Positions 25,601-36,760 are shown, counted from the first letter of the stretch. The stretch: DNA of 64,000 bases from Geosiphon pyriformis uo1 (GCA_016748015.1 JAAOMT010000657.1:434001-498000), one strand, 5' to 3'. Notes: a model not told the origin generated them from the sequence alone. Numbers and translations: made by a program.

Positions 25601-25772
25601 CAGTATTCACTGGTGTTCCTAATAAAGAGGAAATCTTTTTGTTGACATAGAAGTTGAAGGCTGATTTGGCGGATATATGATTGTGGTTTAATCCCAAGTA
25701 TTGACAATAGTGTTGAAATAAGAATTTTGTGAATCCTAAATGGTTTGCTCCTATATTTTCTGATTCTGTCAC
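19613..25772 (-). pseudogene. ORF1 polyprotein of A1 (~2,050 codons): extension-Gag-PR-Cys-rich-dUTPase-dUTPase-like-RT-RNase H
   Basis: ORF fragments from 25772 to 20760 all share one frame, with a single 1-bp deletion near 20645. RT site decayed to YLDN. RNase H TIDASGQ motif. Stop after ..KQI at 19613. Confidence 0.9.
21444..21836 (-). pseudogene. dUTPase domain within the A1 polyprotein
   Basis: All five dUTPase motifs are visible: AGFDL, SRNSL, EIIDAGYVRNI, KIAQAI and RIQGFGSMG. Confidence 0.9.
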
Positions 25773-25815
25773 TTTTGAATGGTGTTTGTTGGTACTGGTT
25801 TTCTGTAAAATTATA

Positions 25816-25832
25816 CCTCACAGGGAGCACCA
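25816..25832 (-). promoter_or_regulatory. Primer-binding site of A1 (TGGTGCTCCCTGTGAGG)
   Basis: Begins 2 nt after the LTR terminal CA. Confidence 0.88.
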
Positions 25833-25834
25833 AA

Positions 25835-26685
25835 TGTTACAGATGATTATTTCTGCTGTTGAATTAAATAACAAACCTGTAATTTGGTGCTTAAAAGCTA
25901 TTCTCATTGTCAATGATCTGAAGGTTTGGTATCTAAAGGTGTTGTATCTGAAAAGTTTGATGGAGTCCTTTGTATAATAGACAGAAATTTAATAGTGTCG
26001 ATAGTAGGTGTATCTTTCAAAGAGTTTTCCCAATTTCTTTCTCAGCGTGGTGGCCAGATTTAGTCTGGCAGTTGTGCCCTTCTGGTAAGCTATCCAATAA
26101 TATATAAATCCTACCCTTATTTCTGGGTCTTTTACCAGACTATCCTTGATGTCAATAACTCAGTGCTTAATTTTTTAATCAATTAGTATCCCACAACAAA
26201 ATCAAAGACAGAAAAAAAATAAAATAAAGAAAAAATAAAGAAAATAGAAAAAATGAGCCAAGGCAATTTGGTACGTTAGTATCTCATCAATAGCCGTGAT
26301 CAAGAGTTATTGTTCCAGTGTGATTAAGTATCAATTACTATCAACACTTCATGTTGATAGTTGAGAGTGGGTTAAGATATGGAATAATTATTTATTTGAT
26401 AATTGGGAACTAGAATGTTGCTTAGATTAAATCTAAACTGAGAGGTCTGTTTTTTCAGCTTCTAATCCTACTGCTATATATACATAATTAAGATTTCTCA
26501 ATTCTTCGATTCTTTATGACATGAATTCTGGAATTCTGGAATCTTGCAATTCCTCATTGGGGAATCCTGAAATTCCTGAAATCCTGCAATTCCTGAGAGG
26601 AATCCTGGAATTCCATATTTATTACGCCTACTTCTGATTGGCTAATAACTATGCTAATATATTTCCTATATTTCTATAAGTAACA
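25835..26685 (-). repeat. Shared central LTR (5' LTR of A1 and 3' LTR of A2, 851 bp)
   Basis: TG...CA termini, flanked by a PBS on one side and a PPT on the other. Confidence 0.93.
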
Positions 26686-26698
26686 TTATTTCCTTCTT

Positions 26699-27328
26699 TT
26701 AATATTAAGCTCCATCGAAATCCAACTCATTTAATTCCCTCTCTTGAAGTATTTCCTGGATTTTGTTTTCGAGAATTACTTGTGTTATTTGGGTTTGTAA
26801 TTCTTCAAATTGAGCATTGGTGATTTTTCCCAATTGGTTACTGGTAACTGCATCTATTGTTTTGTTGAGCAATATTTTTGGTCTATCCTGAAATGCTGTG
26901 TGTATTCAGTATATGACTCGGGCCTGTGTGGATAAGTTGTTTTTTTCCACAAAATGTTCTAATTGTTGTAGTATTCTTTTGTCGAATAATCACTTTGTTT
27001 TATCCATATATAGATTCTGGATATTTATGTGTTGTCCCAAGTAAAAATAACAATAGTTTCGTGGAAATTGTTGTATCCACCAATTCCAAGTTTCTTTAGT
27101 CAACTCTTGATATAGTGACTCTTTTGTCACCTCTTTTATTGCTAATTTTATTTTCGCAATGATTTTGTCCACAGTATTTTCAGTTTTTTTCTGTGTTCTG
27201 AGTTGAAATGTCTTTCTAGTATCTTAATATCGAATAGTTTGTTGATTGATTGTAATCTCCATTTCCTGGTGTTGGATTAATTGAAAGAGTTGTTGTGCTA
27301 GTAAGTGAATATTGTTTGTAATTTCCAT
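26699..27328 (-). pseudogene. ORF3 of A2 (premature stops)
   Basis: Same 630-nt length as A1 ORF3. ELTKETWNWWIQQFPRNYCYFYLGQHINIQNLY is identical. Confidence 0.8.
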
Positions 27329-27382
27329 TTTTCTGATATTTCCTGTCATGTCTACCATGTCTTTATATATTCTTTTAATGAA

Positions 27383-28765
27383 TCAATTTAACATGTTGTT
27401 GTCAATAATAATGATTGATTCCAGATTTCATGGAATCTTATCTGATTGGACTAGTATTCTCTGTACTCTTAATTGTGGAATATTACTGGTAGATGATAGT
27501 ATGATGTTGTGATATGGTTTCAGTTGATCTTCATGTGCTGCTTTGGTTAAAATTTTGTTATCCAATTTTAATTTGTAAGCTCCATTTCCTAGAATTTCTT
27601 TTATGTGAAATGGTCTGTCCCATTTGGGGTCAAATTTTTCACTCCATTGTTTTTTCGCTTTGGTACAATGTAGTAATACTTTGTCTCCAATCTTGAATTC
27701 AACTGGTTTGTCTGGTAGTTGACTATCATGTCTTTCTTTCTGTGTTTCTTGTGACTTTTGAATATTATCAGCTGCTCTTCTTCATTTGTTTTCCAATGTT
27801 TTCATTAAGTCATATGTTCTTCTCAGCAATGTTTTTTGAAAATTTTCCTTTGTTATTGGTTTAGCTGGATATGTATTAATTTTTCTCTCTACTGGTAATA
27901 TTGCTGTTCTCCCATATACTAATTCAAATGGTGTTGCTTGTGTAGTATCTTGTTTCATTGTCCAATAAGCAAATAGTACTGATGGTATGAACAAATCCCA
28001 ATTGTTCTGGTTTTCTTGGCTGAGCTTAGCTATTGCTTTACACAATATTCTGTTGAATCTTTCTACTAATCCATTGGTTTGTAGATGGTATGGTGATGAT
28101 AATGGTCTCTTGATTTCGAATCTTTGGCTCAATTCTGTTAATGTTCTGTTCACAAAATGAGTTCCTTGGTTTGATAATAATTTTTTTGGACATCCATGTC
28201 AACAAATCAAATCCTGATGAATGAATTTGGCAACGGATTCTGCATCCGCTCTTTGAATTGCTTTTGTCTCTGGCCATTTAGTGAGATAGTCCATGGCTAC
28301 TGTGATATATCTGTTGCCTCTGCTAATAATTGTTAATGGTCCTACTAAGTCAATTCCCATATGGTCAAATAGTTGTCCCACTTTGATTGGTCTTAATGGT
28401 TTACTGGGTCTTGTTCCTCCTCTTCACTGACAAGCATCACAATTTTGAACATATTGAATGATGTCTGGGTACATTGATGGCCAATAGTATCTCTTTCTGG
28501 TTCTTTTTATGGTTGCTTCTTTGTGAAAATGTCCTGCTGTTGGATTTGAGTGCATGTTGAATAATATTGTCTCTTTTTCTGGTTCTGTAATTACTCTGGT
28601 TGGTTGATCTGGATCTTTTCTATTTTTCCGATAAAGTATATTTTGGTAAGTGATAAAATATTTTGATTGTTGTTTGATACTTTTTCGTTCTGTTTAAAAT
28701 AAATTCTTCTTGAACTGTTGAGTGTTTATATAATGTTGCAGTTGTTGATATTTTTGTATGTTCAT
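27383..28765 (-). pseudogene. Integrase of A2
   Basis: MNIQKYQQLQHY start, GIDLVGPL, NGLVERFN, and a GPY/F-like region. Confidence 0.9.
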
Positions 28766-28827
28766 CTTTTGTTATATTTTTCATTGGTATTGTTCTGGTT
28801 TTATTATATTTTTGGGTTGAAATGTTC

Positions 28828-31800
28828 TTAGATTTGTCTCATTTGTGACAAACCATCAGCATTTTTATTGTCTTTTCTTTTTTTGTAATGTATAGTATAA
28901 TTGTATGATGTAAGTGCCATTTTCTATCTTGACTGTCTTCCATCTCCAAATTTTTGTTTTTGGAGTGATGTTAATCCCTTGTGATCTGTGTGCACTTTAA
29001 ACTTCTGGCTCAAGTATTTTTTCCATTTTATGACTTCCTAGTATATTGCTAAGTGTTCTTGTTCTGGTGTTCTATAGTTCTTTTCAGCTGGTGTTAAACC
29101 TCTGCTGACATATGCTACTGGGTGTTCTCTGCCATCTGGTCCTTTCTGAGATAATACTGTTCCCAATGCTTGGCCGAATGCATCAGTAGTAATGATGAAT
29201 GGTTTGCTGTAATCTGGATAAATCAATATTGGAGCTTAAATGAGCTTTTCTTTCAAAATGTCAAAAGCTTTTTGTTAACTTTCTGCCCATTCATATTTGG
29301 TATTCTTGGTTTGCAGTTGGTTAAGTGGCTGCACTATTTTGGAAAAGTTCTTGATAAAATGTCGATAATAGCTGGCGAATCCCAAGAATGATTTCAGTTC
29401 TGTCATATTGGTCAGCACTGAAAAGTTTTTTACTATCTCTATTTTCTTTGGATCGGTTTTAATGCTGTCTTTGCTGACTATGTGTCCCAAGAATTTTAGC
29501 TTTGTCTTGCCAAAAAGGCATTTTGTTGCATTTAACTTTAACTCTACTCTTCTTAGTCTTTCGAACACTTGTTGAAGATGATGAAGATGATCATTAAATG
29601 TTTTTGAGAATACATTGGTGTCATTCAAGTATACAACTACTAATTTTCACAATAAGCCAGCATAGACAATTTCCATTAGCTATTGGAAAGTGGCTGGTGC
29701 ATTGGTTAAACCGAATAGTATTATTTCAAATTCGAAATTCCCTTCTCTCATGGTGAATTCTGTCTTTTCTTTGTCAGCTGGATCTATGGCTACTTGCCAG
29801 TAACCACTATCTAAGTCTAACATTGAGAACAATTTGTTTCCGCCAAAAGCATCGAATAATTTCTGTATCCATGAAGTTGGATAGCTGTCTTCACAAGTTA
29901 CACTATTGAGTTTTCTATAGTCTACACAAAATCGGATCTTTCCATTCTTCTTATGTACAAATACTACTGGTGATGACCATGGGCTTATTGATGACTGAAT
30001 TAGCCCATTGTCCAACATCCAGTTTATCTCTTGACGAATAATCTTGTGGCTTACTGGTGGCACTCTGTATGCTCTTTGTTTAATTGGCATTATATCTCCA
30101 GTCTTGATTTGATGCTGGATGATGTCAGTTTGGCCAAACTCATTTTTGCTGGCAAAGATGTCATTGAACTGGTTGAGCAACATCCTGAGTTGCATACATT
30201 GGAGTGGATCTAAGTTTCCCATGTTCATTTGTTCCAATTGTTCTGGTTGGAGCAAATAACCTTCACTTTGTCCATATATTGTTTGTGATGTAATATTAAT
30301 ATATCCACAAAGTTGTGGAAAATCTGGAATAGAATTTGGTGGTTGATCCTCTATTTCCATGCTTAAGTATCCAATGATGATTCTGGCTGGTATTACTATG
30401 GCATTTCCTGTGTTATTGTATATGGAAATTTTGATGTGGCTGTGATTTTTGGCTAGTATGTGGAGATTGATGAGTCCAACTTCTCCTGATTCACAAAGAC
30501 TGGCTTCTGCTTCAAAAATTTGTGCTTGGTCTTTTTCTTTCCTTTCTATTACTAGCATGTACTGATTATATGGTGGAATGGAAATAGCTTGACCAGTTGA
30601 GATAATTTCTCCTTGGCCAACAATTTCTTCCTCTGCCATGTTAACTGGTACATCTATTTTACCCGTTGATCCGAATCCCTGTATTCCTCTCGCTGTTATT
30701 TCTAATTTCTCCCTCTTTTTCACTGATACTAACTGAGCTATTCTAACAAGAGGCAGGAATATTGCCTGTGCTATCTTTTCATTGGGCTCTATTATATAGG
30801 CCTTTTTTGAGTCATTTTGTAGCATAGCGATGATATTTCCTATATATTCCACGTTAATTATTCCTCCTCTTATATTAATCCCTCTTTTCGCTAAACTACT
30901 CCTAGATGCTAATTGAACCATTGTTGTTGTCAGAATTTTTAGTACTACTTTCAGATCAATGCAGATGCATGAATGTGGTTCCAATTTGATGACATCTTTT
31001 CCTGGATATCTCAGATCAAATCCTGCATCAGTATCATGTGCACGTTCTGGCATGATATCTTCTCCATTGTCACTATACTATTTCAACTCTTGTTCCTTGG
31101 AGAGATCTGGTAGTGCAATGTATTGTTCATAGTTTAAATCAGAGTTTGAACCTGAGTTTGAATTGTTTTTGTTGTCCTTGCCATTTTGAACAGAGCTGGA
31201 ACCAATGTTTTCATTGTCATTGTCAGAGTCTGGATTGTGATTAATCAGTGATTCTGATTCCGATGCACAGCTGCTAATTGGTTCTTCTTCTTTAGGGATC
31301 GAGTAAATCATGCATGGTGGTGGATTGTAAATGAGGTCACAATTGTCACAATATTCAAAGTCACTAAGAATTAAACAATGGCAACACAGTCTTGTATTTA
31401 ACTGTGCTAGCCATTGTTCTTGCTCTTCTCTAGTGGGTGCCAAGTTTTGGTAGTGTTTATGGAACTCTTCTGGTTCCAGAGAATTTATGACTGGCTCTGC
31501 ATCCCAGTCAAGCTCGATGGATTCTGGTGGGTTGTTTTTAATTGTCCTGATTTCTTCTGGTGACGCACCTTCAATTTTGGCAGTTGCCATTCTCCAAATT
31601 TTGTCATCATCATGTGAACAACTGTCTAATCACTGTACAGCTCTTCTCCAGGTGGCTTCTATGGGTGTTTTTTTCTTGACCCAGTTGCTAATGAGAATCA
31701 TGTATTGGCAGGACATGTTCCTCCTCTCCCAGGAATGTTGTTCTACATTCTTTTGTCAAGGAGAGTTTCTTCACAGGCTAGACATGATGTATTATCCCAT

Positions 31801-34776
31801 TTTCCCACTCGTTTTGGTCTTCTAAAGCATTCAACAAGGCATGCGCGACAATAGAACTTGGTTGTTGTTTGATATTCTTCGTTATCACCACAGCATGCAC
31901 CCATTGATGACAATTTTTTACTGCAATCAACGCATATCAGTTTGGGTTGGTGATAGGTCGACAATTGTTGTTGACCATAGGCATATGGGATATAAGCGTT
32001 GTTGGCTTGAGCATTTTTTTCTTCCCTTTCTTTCCCTTTTCTCTTAACTTTATTCTATTCCCAACTTGAGGCTTCTTCTGGTTCATTGTCAGTTTAAGTC
32101 AAATTGTCTGTTTCCTAGGTTGGTTTCTCTTTTTGCTTTCCTTTCCCATTGTCGTCCCAAGAAAGTATTGGTGGCAGCTTATTGTGCTTTTCGTCAGCCC
32201 ACAACACTTGGTATGCTTCCCAGGTAGGTTTTGGTTTTTCTTTCTCCAGCTCTATCAATGGTTCCTCTCTTGAGGGAACTTTGAAGTGGCCACATGTGGC
32301 TGGCACACATGTGTGTTGACTATTAACACTTAGTTAGAGCTCTTGAGTCATCCAGTCTAGAATGGCATTGGTGTTGGACAGCCAGTTATTACCAACTAGA
32401 GCTTAGTATTGGGTGGCTTCTATCACCAAGACTTTGATGGGAGTGATAATGCCATTGACTTCAAATGGGAAGTCATCTATCTCTCCAATTGGGGTTTTAG
32501 TCGCATTATCAGCAGTGATTATACAAGCACTAGCAGCCCGATCAATTCGACGACCTAATTGGTCTATAAGTTGTCACATGATGATGCTGCCTGCTGAACC
32601 ACTATCAAGGATAAGTTTGATTGGATGTCCATCTACTTTTGCATCTGTGTACATCACTGTGATGGGTTTCTCCTCGAAGGTAACTCTACTGAATAATGGT
32701 AATTGAGATGGTCCCTCCAGTTTAAAAGGAAAGATGGCTGCTAATGATTTGTCATTGGTGACCGTTGCTGGTGGGATGTTGTTGATAAGTGTTTGTCCGA
32801 GTTCCTGGTCTTTGGGTGTGGTGTCTTCTGGAGTAACCAAGAGACTTAAATAGTTTTAAGAATTTGGGTTCTGGAGTTGACCAACACCCAAATTCCACTG
32901 GTGTAATCCAGATGGTTGCTGTAAAGAATTGGGGATCAGTTAATAAACTACCATCACTGATCTCCAGCTCTGTTGAATTATTCTCAGTCTTTGGGTTCCA
33001 TTGAGTGATAAGCTTTGGGTGGCGTTTGGATTTGTTGTGGTTGATAGATTATTTGTGGCTGTGGTTGTTGATAAATCACCTGTGGCTGCTGTTGATAGAT
33101 TGGAGCTTGATACACTGGAGTTTGATAGACTGATGACTGCATCACTGGAAGGTAAATGGGTTGGGTTTGATTTGGGTACTGATTCGGAGTTTGAAACTGG
33201 TGATCAGGGTTTCGATATTGATTTCCTGATCATTGGTTATTTAAACGCTGGTGACAGTCAATTTGGATATGTCTTTGTTTACCACAATAGTGGCAGATAT
33301 GCATTTCCTGTTGCCACTGTTGATTGGTCAATGAAGATGAATGTGGTTAATGTTGAGCATGATTAGAGTTTCCTTGATTATTGTGTCATTGTGGAGGCTG
33401 ATAAATGGTGTAATTGTCAGTTAAGTATCCTTCCAATCTCTTATTAATTGATTCACTAAACTTCTCCAATTTGGAATCCAATTCAGATGATCCGTTCATT
33501 ACTAGATTAATGGCTTGGATGTGATTAGCCTTTGACTCAGCAGATTCAAAATCTTTGGCACGTGTGACTGCATCCTGAAGAGTGCCTGGATGCAACGGAC
33601 GTACATGTTGCAAGATGCTGCTGCACAGGCCACAGATAAACTGATTGAGTATCTGTGATGCTGTGAAATAGTTGGCGTCAATTGCTTGAATTTGGCACAA
33701 GTTTTGATAGAAGCGTCCCAGGTAAGTGGTGACTGCTTCAGTTTTTCCTTGTTTTATGGTGATGAATGTATTAACTAGGCAATTGATGCTGTTATTGTTG
33801 CTGAAGTATCTTAGGAATTCCACTTTGAAGGCATTAAAATCTTGAGATTTATTAACCAAGCTCTAATACCATGAATTGGCAGTATTTTTGAGAAAGTAGG
33901 GAATGGCTTGCATTGCTCGGGTGTCATTCCATCCGTTGGTTGTGATGGCCTTTTCTACATCATTCAGCCATACTTGAGTGTCATTCTCTTCACCAGTAAA
34001 GTTGTCAAGTTTTGCAATTGGTGTGTAGGCCATTTAATCTAAGTTAGGTGGTTGTGGTGGCTGTTAAAACAGTTGTTGTTGTACTGGTTGTTGGGGTGGT
34101 AGTTGAAGTGGCTGTTGTATGGGTTTGGCTATGGGATTAATTGGCAGTTAATCACCAGAAGTAAGTTTTGCTAATTAATTAATTTGGGGTTTGGATTGTT
34201 CTGCCTTTGATAATTTGGAGTTTCAATTTCCGAATTTTCTAGATTTAGATTTTGCTGAGTTTAAAAATTCAGAGTTTTAACTTCTGGGTTTTCAGTAATC
34301 AAGTACTGGTAAGTGAATTCTTGGTCCTCTGATTCTTCTTCCTTTTTTTCTGATTCTACTGCTTCTCATGGATCCGAGATTCCAAAATCTGGTGGAGGCG
34401 GTAGTAATCGAAGTCCTGATGGGGTTGATGATCACGAATTAAATCCCTCAAAGTATTCACCATATGATCCTAATAATTCTGTTTTTCTTTGTCTACTTTG
34501 GAATGAAAATCATCCAAATGCTGATGTCGCAGTTGATGAGAACGCATCTGTTGATGATATGTGAATGGCGCTTCCAAGTGTATAGTGGTAGGATGGGTTG
34601 CTTGGAGATTCAATTTTGTTTTTCTTCCAAGTAGGTGGCTGTATTTTTCTGGGTGTTATGGCTGGTGTTTGTAATTTTCTCTTGCCTTTACTAGCATAGG
34701 TAATTGGACAATAGTGTTGAAATAAAAATTTTGTGAATCCTAAATGGTTTGCTCCTATATTTTCTGATTCTGCCAC
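28828..34776 (-). pseudogene. ORF1 polyprotein of A2
   Basis: LILDSGSAGSII protease. The 457-aa ORF 29680-31053 fuses dUTPase to RT (SPWSSPVV, RFCVDYRKLN, DLDSGYWQ, FGLTNAPATFQ). YLND decayed catalytic motif. ITTDAFG and ADGLS RNase H motifs. Confidence 0.92.
30661..31053 (-). pseudogene. dUTPase domain within the A2 polyprotein
   Basis: AGFDL, ASRSSL, GGIINVEYIGNI, KIAQAI and RGIQGFGSTG. Confidence 0.92.
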
Positions 34777-34819
34777 TTTTGGTTTGGTGTCGTTGGTGCT
34801 GGTTCTCTGTAAAATTAAA

Positions 34820-34836
34820 CCTCACAAAGAGCACCA
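34820..34836 (-). promoter_or_regulatory. Primer-binding site of A2 (TGGTGCTCTTTGTGAGG)
   Basis: Follows the 5' LTR after a 2-nt spacer. Confidence 0.85.
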
Positions 34837-34838
34837 AA

Positions 34839-35680
34839 TGTTACAGGTGATTATTCTGCTGTTGAATTAAATAACAAACCTGTAACTTGGTGCTCAAAAG
34901 CTATTCTCATTGTTGATGATCTAAAGGTTTGGTATCTGAAGGTGTTGTATTTGAAGAGTTTAATGGAGTCCTTTGTATAATAGACAGAGATTCAATAGTG
35001 TCGATAGTAAATGTATCTTTCAAAAAGTTTTCCCAATTTCTTTCTTAGCATGGTGGCTGGATTTAGTCTGGCAGTCATGCCCTTCTGGTAAGCTATCCAA
35101 TAATATATAAATTCTACCCTTATTTCTGGGTTTTTTACCAGATTATCTTTGACGTCAATAACTCAGTGCTTAATCTTTTAATCAATTAGTATCCCACAAC
35201 AAAATCAAAGACAAAAATAAAAAAAAATAAAAAAAAAATAAAAAAAATAGAAAAAATGAGCCAAGGCAATTTGGTATGTTAGTATCTTATCAATAGTCAT
35301 GATCAAGAGCTATTGTTTTAGCATGGTTAAGTATCAATTACTATCAACATGAAGTGTTGATTGTTAAGAGTGGGTTGAGATATGAGATAATTATTTATTT
35401 GATAATTGGGAACTAGAATGTTGCTTAGATTAAATCTAAACTGAAAGATCTGTTTTTTCAGCTTCTAATCCTACTGCTATATATACATAATTGAGATTTC
35501 TCAATTCCTTGATTCTTCACGACAGAAATTCTGGAATCCTGCAATTCCTCATCGGGGAATCCTGAAATTCCTGGAATCCTGCAATTCCTGAAAGGAATCC
35601 TGGAATTCCACATTTATTACGCCTACTTCTGATTAACTAATAACTACACTAATATATTTCCTATATTTCTATGAGTAACA
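34839..35680 (-). repeat. 5' LTR of A2 (842 bp)
   Basis: TGTTAC...GTAACA termini, homologous to the other two A LTRs. Confidence 0.93.
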
Positions 35681-36760
35681 ACATTATCCAATATGTTCAA
35701 AATTGTGATGCTTGTCAAAGAAGAGGAGGAACAAAATCCAATGAACTATTAAGACCAATCAAAGTAAAACAACCATTCAATTACATTGGAATTGATTTAG
35801 TAGAATTATTGACAATCACCAGCAGAGTCAACAGATATATTGCAGTAGTCATGAATTATCTCACTAAATAGCCAAAAGCAAAAGCCATTCAAAGAGCAGT
35901 GCAAAATCTATTGCTGAATTTGTTTATTAAGATCTGATCTGTTAATATGGATGTCCAAAAAAATTATTATTGGATTAAAGAACTCACTTTGTGAATAGAA
36001 CATTAGCAGAATTAAGCCAAAGATTTGGAATAAAAAGACCACTATTATCACCATACTATCCACAAACAAATGGGTTAGTTGAAAAGTTTAACAGAACACT
36101 ATGTAAAGCAATAGCCAAAATTAGCCAAAAAAACCAGGATGAATGGGATGTAGTTATACTATTGGTATTATTTGTTTATCAGATAATGAAGCAAAATACC
36201 ACACAAACAACACCATTTGAATTGGTATATGGTAGAACAACAACATTATCAGTTGAGATAGAGATCAATATATATTCAACTGAACCAATAACAGAAGATA
36301 ATTTCCAACAAATATTGTTGAGAAGAACATATGACTTAATAGAAACACTAGAAAACAGATGATGAAAAGCAGCTGATAACATCCAAAAGTTACAAGAAAA
36401 GCAAAAAAACAACATAATAACCAACTACCAGATAAACCAATTGAATTCAAGATTGGAGACAAAGTACTATTATATTGTACCAAAGCAAAAAAACAATGGA
36501 GTGGAAAATTTGACTCTAAATAGAACAGACCATTTCACATAGAAGAAATTCTAGAAAATAGAGCTTATAAATTAAGATGGGACAACAAAATCTTAGCCAA
36601 AGCAGCACATGGTGATTGACTGAAACCATATTAACAGATAGCATTATTATTTACCAATAACATTTCACAACTGGAAGTACAAAGAATACTAGTTCAATCA
36701 GATGAGATTTCATGAGATCTGGAACCAATCATAGTTATTGAACCAAACATGTCAAATTAA
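35681..36760 (+). pseudogene. Integrase of element B, 5'-truncated (resumes at IIQYVQNCDAC)
   Basis: CDAC, GIDLVEL, NGLVEKFN. Ends DLEPIIVIEPNMSN*. Confidence 0.88.

Larger units (their letters stand above)
16589..26685 (-). mobile_element. Ty3/Gypsy LTR retrotransposon, copy A1 (full-length, inactivated)
   Basis: LTRs at 16589-17471 and 25835-26685, PBS 25816-25832, PPT 17472-17486, gag-PR-DUT-RT-RH followed by IN. Confidence 0.93.
25835..35680 (-). mobile_element. Ty3/Gypsy LTR retrotransposon, copy A2 (near full-length, inactivated)
   Basis: LTRs at 25835-26685 and 34839-35680, PBS 34820-34836, PPT 26686-26700. Same domain order as A1. Confidence 0.93.

Noticed and set aside
16582-35690. 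The segment missing from B would begin GT and end AG and fuse dUTPase to IN in frame, as if spliced; the flanks ACAG/ACAT resemble a 4-bp TSD
   Set aside because: It would need an insertion exactly at the splice junction without duplication and would delete the IN HH residues. The G in ACAG is ancestral. The chimeric central LTR favours two insertions plus recombination.
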